Below, piece after piece: positions 16,066 to 25,651 of a stretch of DNA of 32,000 bases. This DNA is from Dickeya dadantii NCPPB 898 (GTDB taxonomy: Bacteria; Pseudomonadota; Gammaproteobacteria; Enterobacterales; Enterobacteriaceae), in the NCBI RefSeq assembly GCF_000406145.1, contig NZ_CM001976.1:446930-478929 (forward strand). Direction: 5' to 3'. Under the pieces are notes generated by a model. That model was given only the letters and a program-made list of their open reading frames with translations, did not search any database and was not told the DNA's origin. The position numbers and the translations under genes were made by a program. How positions within the stretch are numbered: position 1 is the first letter of the stretch; each line of letters opens with the position of its first letter.

Positions 16066-16827
16066 TCAGCCCGCCACCATCACCGTCACTCCCAGCGCTT
16101 CAAACGCGCTGACCGCTTCCTGACTGATGCCGGCGTCGGTAATCAGGTAGTGAATGTTGCTCCAGTCGCACGGCAGGGCGAACATCGACACCTTGCCGAT
16201 CTTGCTGGAGTCCGCCACCACATAGACGGTCTTGGCCGAGCGGATCATGGCGCTTTTTACCTTGATGTCGGTTTCGCTGGGAAAGCTTAGCCCCATGCGC
16301 GGGGAGATGGCGGCGGTGGCGAGAAACAGTTTTTCGGCCAGTACGTTCTCGAAAAAGCTGGCGGCTTTTTCCCCAGAGGTGGAGAGGGTGGGAAACTTGA
16401 AGGTGCCGCCGGTGAGCAGAATGTTGATGCCGGGTTCGCCGCCCAGTTTGAGCGCGATATTGACCGCGGTGGTGATCACCGACAGCCGGTGAATGTCCGC
16501 CATGTGCTCGACCATCGCGGTGGTGGTGGTGCCGGAATCGAAAATCACCGTGTCGCCGTTTTCGATCTGCGCGGCCGCCAGCCGGCCGATGGCGTCTTTT
16601 TCTTCCAGATTGATCTGCCGTTCCAGCAGCATCGCGCCGGTGTTCTGCTTGCCGGTCACCAGCGTGGCGCCGCCGTAATAACGCTGAACGTAACCCTCTT
16701 TCTGCAATTCGCGCAGATCGGTGCGGATCGTGGCTTCGGTCAGCCCGAAGGTTTCGGTCAACATTTTCACGGTGACGGTACCGTCTTCGCGCACCATCTC
16801 CAGAATTTTTTCCCTACGTTGCTGCAT
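16066..16827 (-). CDS. DeoR family transcriptional regulator (sugar-phosphate sensing)
   Basis: N-terminal HTH VKMLTETFGLTEATIRTDLRELQKEG plus a DeoR C-terminal sensor domain (FDSGTTT...LTGG). I prefer the ATG at 16827. The tracked ORF extends to a TTG at 16878. Confidence 0.9.
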   Translation of the reverse strand: MQQRREKILEMVREDGTVTVKMLTETFGLTEATIRTDLRELQKEGYVQRYYGGATLVTGKQNTGAMLLERQINLEEKDAIGRLAAAQIENGDTVIFDSGTTTTAMVEHMADIHRLSVITTAVNIALKLGGEPGINILLTGGTFKFPTLSTSGEKAASFFENVLAEKLFLATAAISPRMGLSFPSETDIKVKSAMIRSAKTVYVVADSSKIGKVSMFALPCDWSNIHYLITDAGISQEAVSAFEALGVTVMVAG

Positions 16828-17139
16828 ATCCGCCAGTTGTTCACTTTTGCTTTTCAATCGAAACTCTCCTGTACTCAAACCGGTGACGATGTTCCGCCGT
16901 CAACCCGCTAATTGCCATGAAGTTTACCCTTCACCTGCCCGGAATGCGAGGTGACGGCGGCGAAAAAGCATGGACATTTTCGCTGATCCCGCGATGCGAT
17001 CCCCCTCATCTGCCGCAGTTCACGCCTGCCGTATGCGCCTTCTTGCCGGATCACACCGTTCTCACCGCGGTATTATTTTGATCTGCTTTTGTTTGATATT
17101 TGATCTTGTCCACAGAATAGGCTAAACAGAGAGCGTATG

Positions 17140-17153
17140 TTTTCGATCGAAAA
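17140..17153. promoter_or_regulatory. Perfect 14-bp palindrome TTTTCGATCGAAAA in the deoR/transketolase divergent region. Candidate operator.
   Basis: Read directly. It lies 49 nt upstream of the transketolase start at 17202. Nearby tttgat(c) motifs recur at about 17080-17110. Confidence 0.3.
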
Positions 17154-17201
17154 TCAATTGAAAATGATCGGGAGCGATTTGTCAGCGATCAGGAGGTAAG
17201 G

Positions 17202-18005
17202 ATGGACGTACAGACAATCAGGCAGACAGCGCGACAAGCCCGGCGCTATGTGTTGCAGATGAATCATCGGGCGGGCAAAGGGCACACCGGCGCGGATCTG
17301 TCGGAGGTGGACATCATCTGTACTCTGTTTATGGCGGTGATGGATCGTTCGCAGGCGCGGCCGAATCAGGATCGGTTCATCCTGTCGAAAGGCCACGGCG
17401 CGGGCGGGCTGTACTGCAGCGCGGCGGCGATGGGGCTGCTTGACCCGGCGACATTAGATCAGTTTATGGGCGACGACACGCTGCTGGCCGGTCACCCGAT
17501 TCATCAAAAACTGCCGGATCTGGTGGAGATCAACTCCGGCGCGCTGGGGCACGGGCTGCCGATCGGCGTCGGGCTGGCGCTCGGCAACCGGCTTGCCGGT
17601 CGCAGCCATCGACGTGTCTTCGTGCTGATGGGCGACGGTGAACTGGCGGAAGGCTCCAACTGGGAAGCGGCGATGGCGGCCAGCAAATTTCGGCTCGATA
17701 ACCTGATCGCCATTGTCGATCGAAACCGTCTGCAACTGGCGGGGAAAACCGAAGACATCATGCCGCTGGAACCGCTGGAGGATAAATGGCGCGCTTTCGG
17801 TTTCGACGTGCACCACTGCGACGGCCACGATCCGCAGGCAATCATCCACGCCGTCGAGGCGCCGTCGGTGGGCAAGCCGCGGGTGATCCTCGCCAATACC
17901 GAAAAAGGGCACGGCATTTCGTTCATGGCCAACGTACCGGCCTGGCACCACGCCGTCCCTAACGATGAACAGCTGGCGCAGGGGCTGGCGGAGCTGGAGG
18001 ACTGA
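17202..18005 (+). CDS. Transketolase, N-terminal (TPP-binding) subunit of a split enzyme
   Basis: GHTGADLS, SKGHGA and the TPP/Mg motif GDGELAEGSNWEA are present. The size is 267 aa. A strong AGGAGG Shine-Dalgarno precedes the start. Confidence 0.9.
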   Translation: MDVQTIRQTARQARRYVLQMNHRAGKGHTGADLSEVDIICTLFMAVMDRSQARPNQDRFILSKGHGAGGLYCSAAAMGLLDPATLDQFMGDDTLLAGHPIHQKLPDLVEINSGALGHGLPIGVGLALGNRLAGRSHRRVFVLMGDGELAEGSNWEAAMAASKFRLDNLIAIVDRNRLQLAGKTEDIMPLEPLEDKWRAFGFDVHHCDGHDPQAIIHAVEAPSVGKPRVILANTEKGHGISFMANVPAWHHAVPNDEQLAQGLAELED

Positions 18006-18007
18006 CG

Positions 18008-18928
18008 ATGCAAGATTTACGTGATGCGGTAGTCGCCGCACTGCTCGAAGAGCAAAACGCGGGCGCCAATTTGTGCGTAGTGGTGGCGGATTCCACCTCC
18101 ACATCGAAAATCGCGCCGTTCGAGAAGGCCTTCCCCGAACGGGTGGTGAATGTCGGGATTGCCGAGCAAAACATGGTGGGGATGGCGACGGGTCTGTCGT
18201 TGAGCGGCCCGACGGTGTTCACCGCCAATGCCGCGCCGTTTTTGCTGGCGCGTTCCAACGAACAGGTGAAGAACGACGTCTGCTATACCGACGCCAACGT
18301 CAAAATGCTGGGGCTGAACGCCGGGTTTGCTTACGGCCCGTTGGGGGCGACCCACCACTGTATGAACGATATCGCCATCGCCCGCTCGTTCGGCAATTTG
18401 CAGATTTTCGCCCCGGCGGATGCGGTGCAGGCCAGCGCGATAGTGCGTTACGCCATTCGCCATCGCGGGCCGGTGTATATCCGTATGGACAGCGACAAGG
18501 TACCGGTGCTGCATGAGGCCGACTGGTCGCTGACGCCGGGCAAGCCGGAGATGGTGCAACAGGGGAGCGACGTGGTGGTGTTCTGCCTCGGTACGATGGT
18601 CCATGAGGCGCTGGCCGCCGCGACGGACGCCACCATCGTGTCCTTACCTTCGCTGTGGCCTTTGGATGAAATGTCACTATTGAAAATTATTAGCGAGCAT
18701 CAGTATGTGATCTCGATGGAAGAACACGTACTCAGTGGTGGCCTTGGCAGCATCATTGGTGAATTGTTGCATAAACACCATGCGCGGCAACGCTTCACCG
18801 CGCTGGGTGTCCCGCCTTATGAATTTACCCATAGCAGCAGCCGCAGCGCATTGCGGCGTCAGTTCCACATCGATGCCGCCGGACTGCGCTTAACCCTGGA
18901 ACAGCTTGCGTTACGCACCATTGCCTGA
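18008..18928 (+). CDS. Transketolase, C-terminal (pyrimidine-binding) subunit
   Basis: It starts 3 nt after the N-subunit stop. GIAEQNMVGMA is present along with a C-terminal transketolase_C-like region. The size is 306 aa. Confidence 0.9.
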   Translation: MQDLRDAVVAALLEEQNAGANLCVVVADSTSTSKIAPFEKAFPERVVNVGIAEQNMVGMATGLSLSGPTVFTANAAPFLLARSNEQVKNDVCYTDANVKMLGLNAGFAYGPLGATHHCMNDIAIARSFGNLQIFAPADAVQASAIVRYAIRHRGPVYIRMDSDKVPVLHEADWSLTPGKPEMVQQGSDVVVFCLGTMVHEALAAATDATIVSLPSLWPLDEMSLLKIISEHQYVISMEEHVLSGGLGSIIGELLHKHHARQRFTALGVPPYEFTHSSSRSALRRQFHIDAAGLRLTLEQLALRTIA

Positions 18929-18941
18929 GGAGAAAAACCTG

Positions 18942-19745
18942 ATGAGTCATGACAACGAGTATGACGTGAATTTGCGTTATGGCGTGGATACCGACCTGAG
19001 TCTGAGCGACAAGGTGGCGGTGGTCACCGGCGGGCTGGGCGGCATCGCGATGGCGAGCAATGAGATGCTGCTGGCGAAAGGCGCGCGGCTGGCGCTGCTG
19101 TACCCCGCGTTCGAGCGCGACAAAGCGGCGCAGGCCGCCGAACGGTTTGACCCGACGCGGGTGCGGCTGGTGGAGTGCGACGTCACGACGCCGGCGGAGG
19201 TGGAGCGGGCGTTTGCCGCGGTGGAAGCGCATTACGGCCGCATCGACATCCTGATCAACTGCGCGGGCTACGTGATGCTGCAACCGGCGTTGGAAACCGA
19301 TTTCGACGAATGGCAAAAGCAGATTGCCGTCAACCTGACCGGCCCGTTTCTGTGCTCGCAGGCGGCGGCGCGCCATATGGTGGCCGCCGGCCACGGCGGC
19401 AAGATTATCAACATCGCTTCGCAGGCGGCGTCGATCGCCATCGACAACCATGTCGCCTACACCTCCGCCAAGGCCGGGCTGCTGGGCATGACCAAGGTGA
19501 TGGCGAAAGAGCTGGCGCCGCATCGCATCAACGTCAATACGCTGTCGCCGACGGTAGTGCTGACGCCGATGGGCGAGAAAGCCTGGCGCGGCGAGAAGGG
19601 CGAAGCGATGAAAAAGCTAATCCCGCTCGGGCGCTTCGCCTACACCGATGAAATCGCCGCGGCGGTGCTGTTTTTCGCCAGCAACGGCAGCGACATGATC
19701 ACCGGCGCCGATTTGATGATCGACGGCGGTTTCACCATCTGGTGA
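18942..19745 (+). CDS. SDR family oxidoreductase
   Basis: The Rossmann motif is VTGGLGGIA and the catalytic motif is YTSAKAG. The ATG at 18942 is preceded by a GAGGAG Shine-Dalgarno. Confidence 0.9.
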   Translation: MSHDNEYDVNLRYGVDTDLSLSDKVAVVTGGLGGIAMASNEMLLAKGARLALLYPAFERDKAAQAAERFDPTRVRLVECDVTTPAEVERAFAAVEAHYGRIDILINCAGYVMLQPALETDFDEWQKQIAVNLTGPFLCSQAAARHMVAAGHGGKIINIASQAASIAIDNHVAYTSAKAGLLGMTKVMAKELAPHRINVNTLSPTVVLTPMGEKAWRGEKGEAMKKLIPLGRFAYTDEIAAAVLFFASNGSDMITGADLMIDGGFTIW

Positions 19746-19837
19746 TTGAAATAGAACATTGAAAATAGACTGAAAAACAACTGATTACGCTGTTTCGCCG
19801 TACCCCGACAATAACGAAAGATAGAGAGAACATCATC

Positions 19838-20773
19838 ATGAAATTGCGTTCAATGCTGTTAACTGCCGCCATCACCAGTGCCTTATCGCTGACCGCCCAC
19901 GCGGCGGAAAAAGGCACCATCATGATTCTGGTCAATTCGCTGGATAACCCCTATTACGCCTCGGAGGCCAAAGGCGCGGATAAAAAAGCGCAGGAGCTGG
20001 GCTATAACACCACCGTGCTGTCGCATGGTGAAGATGTGAAGAAGCAAAGTGAGCTGATCGACGCAGCCATCGGCAAGAAAGTACAGGGTATCGTGCTGGA
20101 TAACGCCGATTCCACCGCCAGCGTGGCGGCGATCAAAAAAGCGAAAAGCGCCGGGATTCCGGTGGTGCTGATCAACCGTGAAATCCCGGTGGATGACGTG
20201 GCGCTGGTGCAGATCACCCATAACAATTTCCAGGCCGGTTCCGACGTCGCCAATGTGTTCGTCGGCAAAATGGGCGAGAAAGGCAAGTACGCCGAGCTGA
20301 CCTGTAGCCTGGCGGACAACAACTGCGTCACCCGTTCCAAATCCTTCCATCAGGTGCTCGATCAGTACCCGGAAATGACCAGCGTCGCCCGTCAGGACGC
20401 CAAGGGCACCTTGCTTGACGGCAAGCGCATCATGGACAGCATCCTGCAGGCGCACCCGGACGTGAAAGGGGTGATCTGCGGCAACGGTCCGGTGGCGCTG
20501 GGGGCGATTGCCGCGCTGAAAGCCGCCGGCCGCAACGATGTGGTGGTGGTCGGTATCGACGGCAGCAACGATGAGCGCGACGCGGTGAAAGAAGGCGCTC
20601 TGAAAGCCACCGTGATGTTGCAGGCGCAGGCCATCGCCGCGCAGGGCGTCACCGACCTCGACAACTATCTCCGCAAGGGCGAAAAACCCGCCAAACAGCG
20701 CGTGATGTTCCGCGGCATTTTGATTACGCCGGAAAACGCGAACAAGGTGCAGGATTTCAACTTCAAATCCTGA
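19838..20773 (+). CDS. Sugar ABC transporter periplasmic substrate-binding protein (RbsB-like, PBP type I)
   Basis: The signal peptide is MKLRSMLLTAAITSALSLTAHA. The mature part begins ...ILVNSLDNPYY and contains GIVLDNADS, both typical of ribose-type binding proteins. Confidence 0.9.
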   Translation: MKLRSMLLTAAITSALSLTAHAAEKGTIMILVNSLDNPYYASEAKGADKKAQELGYNTTVLSHGEDVKKQSELIDAAIGKKVQGIVLDNADSTASVAAIKKAKSAGIPVVLINREIPVDDVALVQITHNNFQAGSDVANVFVGKMGEKGKYAELTCSLADNNCVTRSKSFHQVLDQYPEMTSVARQDAKGTLLDGKRIMDSILQAHPDVKGVICGNGPVALGAIAALKAAGRNDVVVVGIDGSNDERDAVKEGALKATVMLQAQAIAAQGVTDLDNYLRKGEKPAKQRVMFRGILITPENANKVQDFNFKS

Positions 20774-20816
20774 GTCCCGGCTGTCGCGCCCCTGCGGGGG
20801 CGCAGAGGAGATCATT

Positions 20817-21449
20817 ATGTCCAAGAGGTCCAGACCGCTGTGGCTGGCGCTGGCCGTTCTGGGATTGGGGGGCTGCCGCATCGTGTCGCAGCAGGAACTG
20901 GCCGACCTGAAGCATCCCCCTAATCCCCATATGGCGAATCTCGGCGACACCTGGCGGCAGCACATTGTGCCGCAGGTGGTCCGCGAGGCGCGCCCGGTCG
21001 CGGCGCTGATGAAAGATGTGCAGGCGAGCAGCGACATGGACGCGGCCTGCAAGCAGTTCGGTTACCGCTCGCAGCAGGAAAACCCCTGCGTGTTCACCGT
21101 AAGAGTCACCGGTACGGTGGTCAGCATCGATACCGCCTCGCGCAACGGCAAAATGGTGGTGCGGGACGACAGCGGCGCGAGCGTCACCGTACAACTGGGG
21201 CCGACGATTCGCGGCACCGACCTGCGTGACGCTTACCGGGGCGCGAGCTATCAGGATTTCAACGATCAGGTGCTGTACGGCGATTTCGGCCGCGCCATCA
21301 ACCAGCAGGCGCTGGCGATGATTCAGGCCGCTCACCCGAAAACGGGCGAGCGACTCGACGTGGTGGGGGTGTTCAGCAGTTGGGACATCCCGCAGGCGGT
21401 GCCGGATATCACGCCGGCGCAGATAACGCGTGACGACAAGGGGGGATGA
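20817..21449 (+). CDS. DUF2291-like lipoprotein associated with sugar ABC transporters
   Basis: A lipobox is present (LAVLGLGGC). The gene sits between the SBP and ATPase genes. The family assignment is from memory. Confidence 0.7.
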   Translation: MSKRSRPLWLALAVLGLGGCRIVSQQELADLKHPPNPHMANLGDTWRQHIVPQVVREARPVAALMKDVQASSDMDAACKQFGYRSQQENPCVFTVRVTGTVVSIDTASRNGKMVVRDDSGASVTVQLGPTIRGTDLRDAYRGASYQDFNDQVLYGDFGRAINQQALAMIQAAHPKTGERLDVVGVFSSWDIPQAVPDITPAQITRDDKGG

Positions 21450-23053
21450 TGGCCGACATGAGCATACCGATGAAAGTGGCTGCCGTATTCCGCGCCCCGA
21501 TGGTGACTACGGCGCCGCCGACGCCGGCGGCGGACGCCGGGGCCGCGCCGGAGGTAATTATCGAAACCCGCAACCTGTCGCGCGTGTATCCGGGCGTGAC
21601 CGCGCTCGATGAGGTCAATTACCGGGTGTACCGCAATAAGGTCAACGTGCTGATCGGCGAAAACGGCGCGGGCAAGTCCACCATGATGAAGATGCTGGCC
21701 GGGGTGGAAACGCCGTCGTCCGGGCAGATCCTGCTGGATGGCAAACCGGTGACGCTGGGGTCGACCCATCAGGCGGAACGGCAGGGCATCAGCATCATCT
21801 TTCAGGAACTGAACCTGTTCCCCAACATGAACGTGATGGACAACATCTTCATCGCCAACGAGTTTTTTCAGCGCGGCGTCATCAACGAAACATTTCAGTA
21901 CGCGCTGGCAAAAACCTTGCTGGAACGGCTGGAACTGGATATCGACCCCTACACCCCGCTTGGCGAACTGGGCATCGGCCACCAGCAACTGGTGGAGATC
22001 GCCCGCGCCCTGTCCAAGGACACCCGGGTGCTGATCATGGATGAACCGACCTCGGCGCTGAGCCAGTCGGAGGTGAAGGTGCTGTTCGGGGTGATCGAAC
22101 AGCTCAAGCGGCGCGGCGTCACCATCATCTACATCTCCCACCGGCTGGAAGAGCTGATGGAAATTGGCGACCACATCACCATTTTCCGCGACGGCCGCTT
22201 CATCTGCGAGCGTGAGGTGCGCCACGCCAGCGTGCCCTGGATCATCGAACAGATGGTCGGCGACAAGAAAAAGCATTTTGACTATCAACCCGCGCCGCAG
22301 GGCGACACCGTGCTGACGGTGGCGGGGCTGACGGCGCTGCACCCAAGCGGCGGCTACCGGCTGCACGACGTCTCTTTCAGCCTGCGTAAAGGCGAAGTGG
22401 TGGGAATTTATGGCCTGCTGGGGGCCGGTCGCACCGAACTGTTCAAGGGATTGATCGGCCTGATGCCGTGCCAGCAGGGCAGCGTGCAACTGAACGATGA
22501 CTGCCTTGACGGTCTGGGATTCCGCCAGCGGCTGGAAAAAGGCATCGCGCTGGTGCCGGAGGACCGGCAGGGCGAAGGCATGGTCCAGTTGATGTCTGTG
22601 CGCGCCAACATGACGCTGTCGGCGTTCAGCCTGCGCGGTTTCTGGCGCGCCTGGGCGTGGCTGCGCGAACCGGACGAGGCAAAGCAGGTGGACGAGATGG
22701 TACGCCAGCTGGCTGTCAAGGTCAGCGACGACGAGTTGCCGATCACCTCGCTGTCCGGCGGCAACCAACAGAAAGTGGTGCTGGGCAAGGCGCTGATGAC
22801 CCGGCCACAGGTGGTGCTGCTCGACGAGCCGACCCGCGGTATCGACGTCGGCGCCAAAACCGATGTCTACCACCTGATTGGGCGCATGGCGCAGCAGGGG
22901 CTGTCGGTGATGTTTTCGTCGTCCGAACTGGACGAGGTGATGGCGCTGGCCGATCGCATTCTGGTGATGGCCGACGGCCGCATCACCGCCGATCTGCCGC
23001 GTAGCCAGGTCACCCGCGAAATCCTCATCAGCGCTTCCACTCCTCACGACTAA
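21446..23053 (+). CDS. Sugar ABC transporter ATP-binding protein (duplicated ABC domains, RbsA-like)
   Basis: Walker A motifs are GENGAGKST and GLLGAGRTE. The signature is LSGGNQQK and the Walker B motifs are VLIMDEPT and VVLLDEPT. The annotated start gives an unusual Pro/Ala-rich extension of about 40 aa. An in-frame ATG at 21500 is an alternative start. Confidence 0.9.
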   Translation: MMADMSIPMKVAAVFRAPMVTTAPPTPAADAGAAPEVIIETRNLSRVYPGVTALDEVNYRVYRNKVNVLIGENGAGKSTMMKMLAGVETPSSGQILLDGKPVTLGSTHQAERQGISIIFQELNLFPNMNVMDNIFIANEFFQRGVINETFQYALAKTLLERLELDIDPYTPLGELGIGHQQLVEIARALSKDTRVLIMDEPTSALSQSEVKVLFGVIEQLKRRGVTIIYISHRLEELMEIGDHITIFRDGRFICEREVRHASVPWIIEQMVGDKKKHFDYQPAPQGDTVLTVAGLTALHPSGGYRLHDVSFSLRKGEVVGIYGLLGAGRTELFKGLIGLMPCQQGSVQLNDDCLDGLGFRQRLEKGIALVPEDRQGEGMVQLMSVRANMTLSAFSLRGFWRAWAWLREPDEAKQVDEMVRQLAVKVSDDELPITSLSGGNQQKVVLGKALMTRPQVVLLDEPTRGIDVGAKTDVYHLIGRMAQQGLSVMFSSSELDEVMALADRILVMADGRITADLPRSQVTREILISASTPHD

Positions 23054-23069
23054 CCGGCCGGAGTTCATC

Positions 23070-24137
23070 ATGAGTCAAAAATACACGCTGTATATGTACC
23101 TGCTGAAAGCCCGTACTTTCATCGCGCTGCTGATCGTGATCGTCTTCTTCAGCCTGATGGTGCCGAACTTTCTCACCCCTTCCAACCTGCTGATCATGAC
23201 TCAGCATGTGGCGATCACCGGGCTGCTGGCCATCGGTATGACGCTGGTGATCCTCACCGGCGGCATCGATCTTTCCGTCGGCGCGGTGGCCGGTATCTGC
23301 GGCATGGTGGCGGGCGCGCTGCTCACCAACGGCATTCCGCTGTGGGGCGGCAATGTCCTGTTTCTCAACGTGCCAGAGGTGATCCTGACGGTGGCGGTAT
23401 TGGGGATGGCGATCGGGCTGGTGAACGGGGTGGTGATCACCCGGCTGGTGGTGGCGCCGTTCATCTGTACGCTGGGCATGATGTATGTCGCCCGCGGCGT
23501 GGCGCTGTTGTTCAACGACGGCAGCACCTACGCCAACCTCAACGGGATGCCGGCGCTGGGCAACACCGGGTTCGCCTTTCTGGGTTCCGGCACGCTGCTT
23601 GGTATTTATCTGCCGATCTGGCTGATGCTGGCGTTTCTGCTACTCGGGCTGTACCTGACGCGCAAGACCCCGCTGGGCCGCTATATCTACGCCATTGGCG
23701 GCAATGAGTCCGCCGCCCGCCTCGCCGGGGTGCCGATCGTCAATGTGAAAATCTTCGTCTACGCCTTTTCCGGGCTGTGCGCCGCGCTGGTGGGGCTGGT
23801 GGTGGCGTCGCAGCTGCAAACCGCCCATCCGATGACCGGCAACATGTTCGAGATGGACGCCATCGGCGCCACCGTGCTGGGCGGCACCGCGCTGGCGGGC
23901 GGCCGCGGTCGGGTGTCCGGTTCGATTATCGGCGCGTTCGTGATCGTGTTTCTGGCCGACGGCATGGTGATGATGGGCGTCAGCGACTTCTGGCAGATGG
24001 TGATCAAAGGCGTGGTGATCGTCACCGCGGTGGTGATCGACCAGTTCCAGCAGCGGCTGCAAAACAAGGTGGTCATGATGCGTCGCCACGAAAAAAAGCA
24101 GGCGGTTAACCCGCTGTCGGAGGTGAGCCATGTCTAG
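23070..24137 (+). CDS. Sugar ABC transporter permease (RbsC-like)
   Basis: The 355-aa protein is polytopic. The motif GGIDLSVGAV and the family-typical IGGNESAARLAGV are present. Confidence 0.9.
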   Translation: MSQKYTLYMYLLKARTFIALLIVIVFFSLMVPNFLTPSNLLIMTQHVAITGLLAIGMTLVILTGGIDLSVGAVAGICGMVAGALLTNGIPLWGGNVLFLNVPEVILTVAVLGMAIGLVNGVVITRLVVAPFICTLGMMYVARGVALLFNDGSTYANLNGMPALGNTGFAFLGSGTLLGIYLPIWLMLAFLLLGLYLTRKTPLGRYIYAIGGNESAARLAGVPIVNVKIFVYAFSGLCAALVGLVVASQLQTAHPMTGNMFEMDAIGATVLGGTALAGGRGRVSGSIIGAFVIVFLADGMVMMGVSDFWQMVIKGVVIVTAVVIDQFQQRLQNKVVMMRRHEKKQAVNPLSEVSHV

Positions 24138-25641
24138 AGACCTGATCGTCGCGCTGGACGAGGGCACCAGCAACGTCAAGGCGGTGGCGATCGACGCCGG
24201 CGGCCGGGTGCTGGCCCGCGCCTCCCGACCGCTCGGCCTGATCACCCCGCGCGCCGGCTGGGTGGAGCAGGATGGCGAGGCGCTGCTGGCCGGGTCTTTC
24301 GCGGTGGTGCGCGAGGTGATGGAACAAGTGGGCGCCGAACGCGTCGCGGCTCTGGCGGTCAGCAATCAGCGCGAGACGGCGATCGGCTGGCAACGCGACA
24401 CCGGTCGGCCGCTTTCCGCGGCGCTAAGCTGGCAGTGCTCCCGCTCGGCGCCGTTTTGCGAGCAGCTACGGCGCGACCAGCAGGAGGCGGCGATCCGCGC
24501 GGCGACCGGGCTGCCGGTGGCGCCGCTGTTCTCCGGCTCCAAAATGCGCTGGCTGCTGGACAACACGCCGGACGGCCATGCCCGCGCGGCACGCGGCGAA
24601 ATTTGCCTCGGTACCATCGACGCCTGGCTGCTGTGGCACCTCACCGGCGGGCGGCAGTTCCGCTGCGATCTTTCCAACGCCGCTCGCACCCAGTTGCTCA
24701 ATCTGCACCGCTTGCAATGGGATGACGCGATGCTGGCGCTGTTCGGCATCCCGCGCGCGGCGCTGCCGGAACTGATGCCCTCGGCCGGCGAGTTTGGCGT
24801 CACCTGCGGCGTGCCCGGCGTGGCGGACGGCATCCCGATTCTGGCGATGGCGGGGGATTCCCACGCCGCGCTGTACGGTCACGGACTGGGACGGTTGGGT
24901 GGGGTGAAAGCCACCTACGGCACCGGGTCGTCGGTGATGGCGCCGCTGGGCGCGCCGGATACGCGCATCACCACGCTGGCGACCACCGTCGCCTGGCACG
25001 ACGGCGAGCGGGCGGTGTACGCGCTGGAGGGCAACATTCCCCACACCGGCGACGGCGTGGCCTGGATGCTACAGGCCACCGGCCTCAACCGGTTGCCGGA
25101 GGCGGAGCTTGCCGGGGCGTTGCAGACGCTGCCCGCCGGCATCGATTCCACCGACGGGGTGTATTTCGTGCCGGCGCTGACCGGCGCGGGCGCGCCCTGG
25201 TGGAACGATCGGGCGCGCGGGGTGATGTGCGGCCTGAGTCGCGGCAGCGGGCAGGCGCATCTGGTGCGGGCGGCGCTGGAGGCTATCGCCTACCAGATCG
25301 CCGATGTGGTGGCGGCGATGCGGCAGCATCCGGATTTTCATCTGGATCGGCTGATGGTGGACGGCGGGCCGACCCGCAACGCCTGGCTGATGCAATTTCA
25401 GGCCGACTTGCTGGGCTGCCCGGTGGCGCGCAGCACCACCACCGAGCTGTCGGCGCTGGGGGCCGGGCTGCTGGCGCGCCGCGTGCTCGGCTCGCTGGAA
25501 GATGAACAACTGGCGCGGCTGTTGCCGACGCACGATAGCTGGCTGCCGGACGACGCGCGCCATCAGCGTTATCAGGCGAACTGGCAAGGGTGGCAGGCGG
25601 CGGTCCGGCGCACGCTGTGGCAGGCGGATCTCAATGGGTAA
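24130..25641 (+). CDS. FGGY family carbohydrate kinase
   Basis: The N-terminal motif is LDEGTSNVKAVAID, with later GDSHAALYG and a C-terminal VDGGPTRN. Its start overlaps the permease stop by 8 nt. Confidence 0.9.
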   Translation: MSRDLIVALDEGTSNVKAVAIDAGGRVLARASRPLGLITPRAGWVEQDGEALLAGSFAVVREVMEQVGAERVAALAVSNQRETAIGWQRDTGRPLSAALSWQCSRSAPFCEQLRRDQQEAAIRAATGLPVAPLFSGSKMRWLLDNTPDGHARAARGEICLGTIDAWLLWHLTGGRQFRCDLSNAARTQLLNLHRLQWDDAMLALFGIPRAALPELMPSAGEFGVTCGVPGVADGIPILAMAGDSHAALYGHGLGRLGGVKATYGTGSSVMAPLGAPDTRITTLATTVAWHDGERAVYALEGNIPHTGDGVAWMLQATGLNRLPEAELAGALQTLPAGIDSTDGVYFVPALTGAGAPWWNDRARGVMCGLSRGSGQAHLVRAALEAIAYQIADVVAAMRQHPDFHLDRLMVDGGPTRNAWLMQFQADLLGCPVARSTTTELSALGAGLLARRVLGSLEDEQLARLLPTHDSWLPDDARHQRYQANWQGWQAAVRRTLWQADLNG

Positions 25642-25651
25642 GGAGAGCACG

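Noticed and set aside
19883-21052. 389-aa minus-strand ORF antisense to the sugar-binding protein and DUF2291 genes
   Set aside because: The sequence is Arg/His/Gly/Ala-rich and low in complexity, with no motifs. It lies entirely opposite well-supported plus-strand genes. This is a typical shadow ORF of GC-rich DNA.
21332-23071. 579-aa minus-strand ORF antisense to the ABC ATPase gene
   Set aside because: The reasoning is the same. The plus-strand frame carries two complete Walker A / signature / Walker B sets, while the antisense frame is Arg/His/Gln-rich with no recognisable domain.
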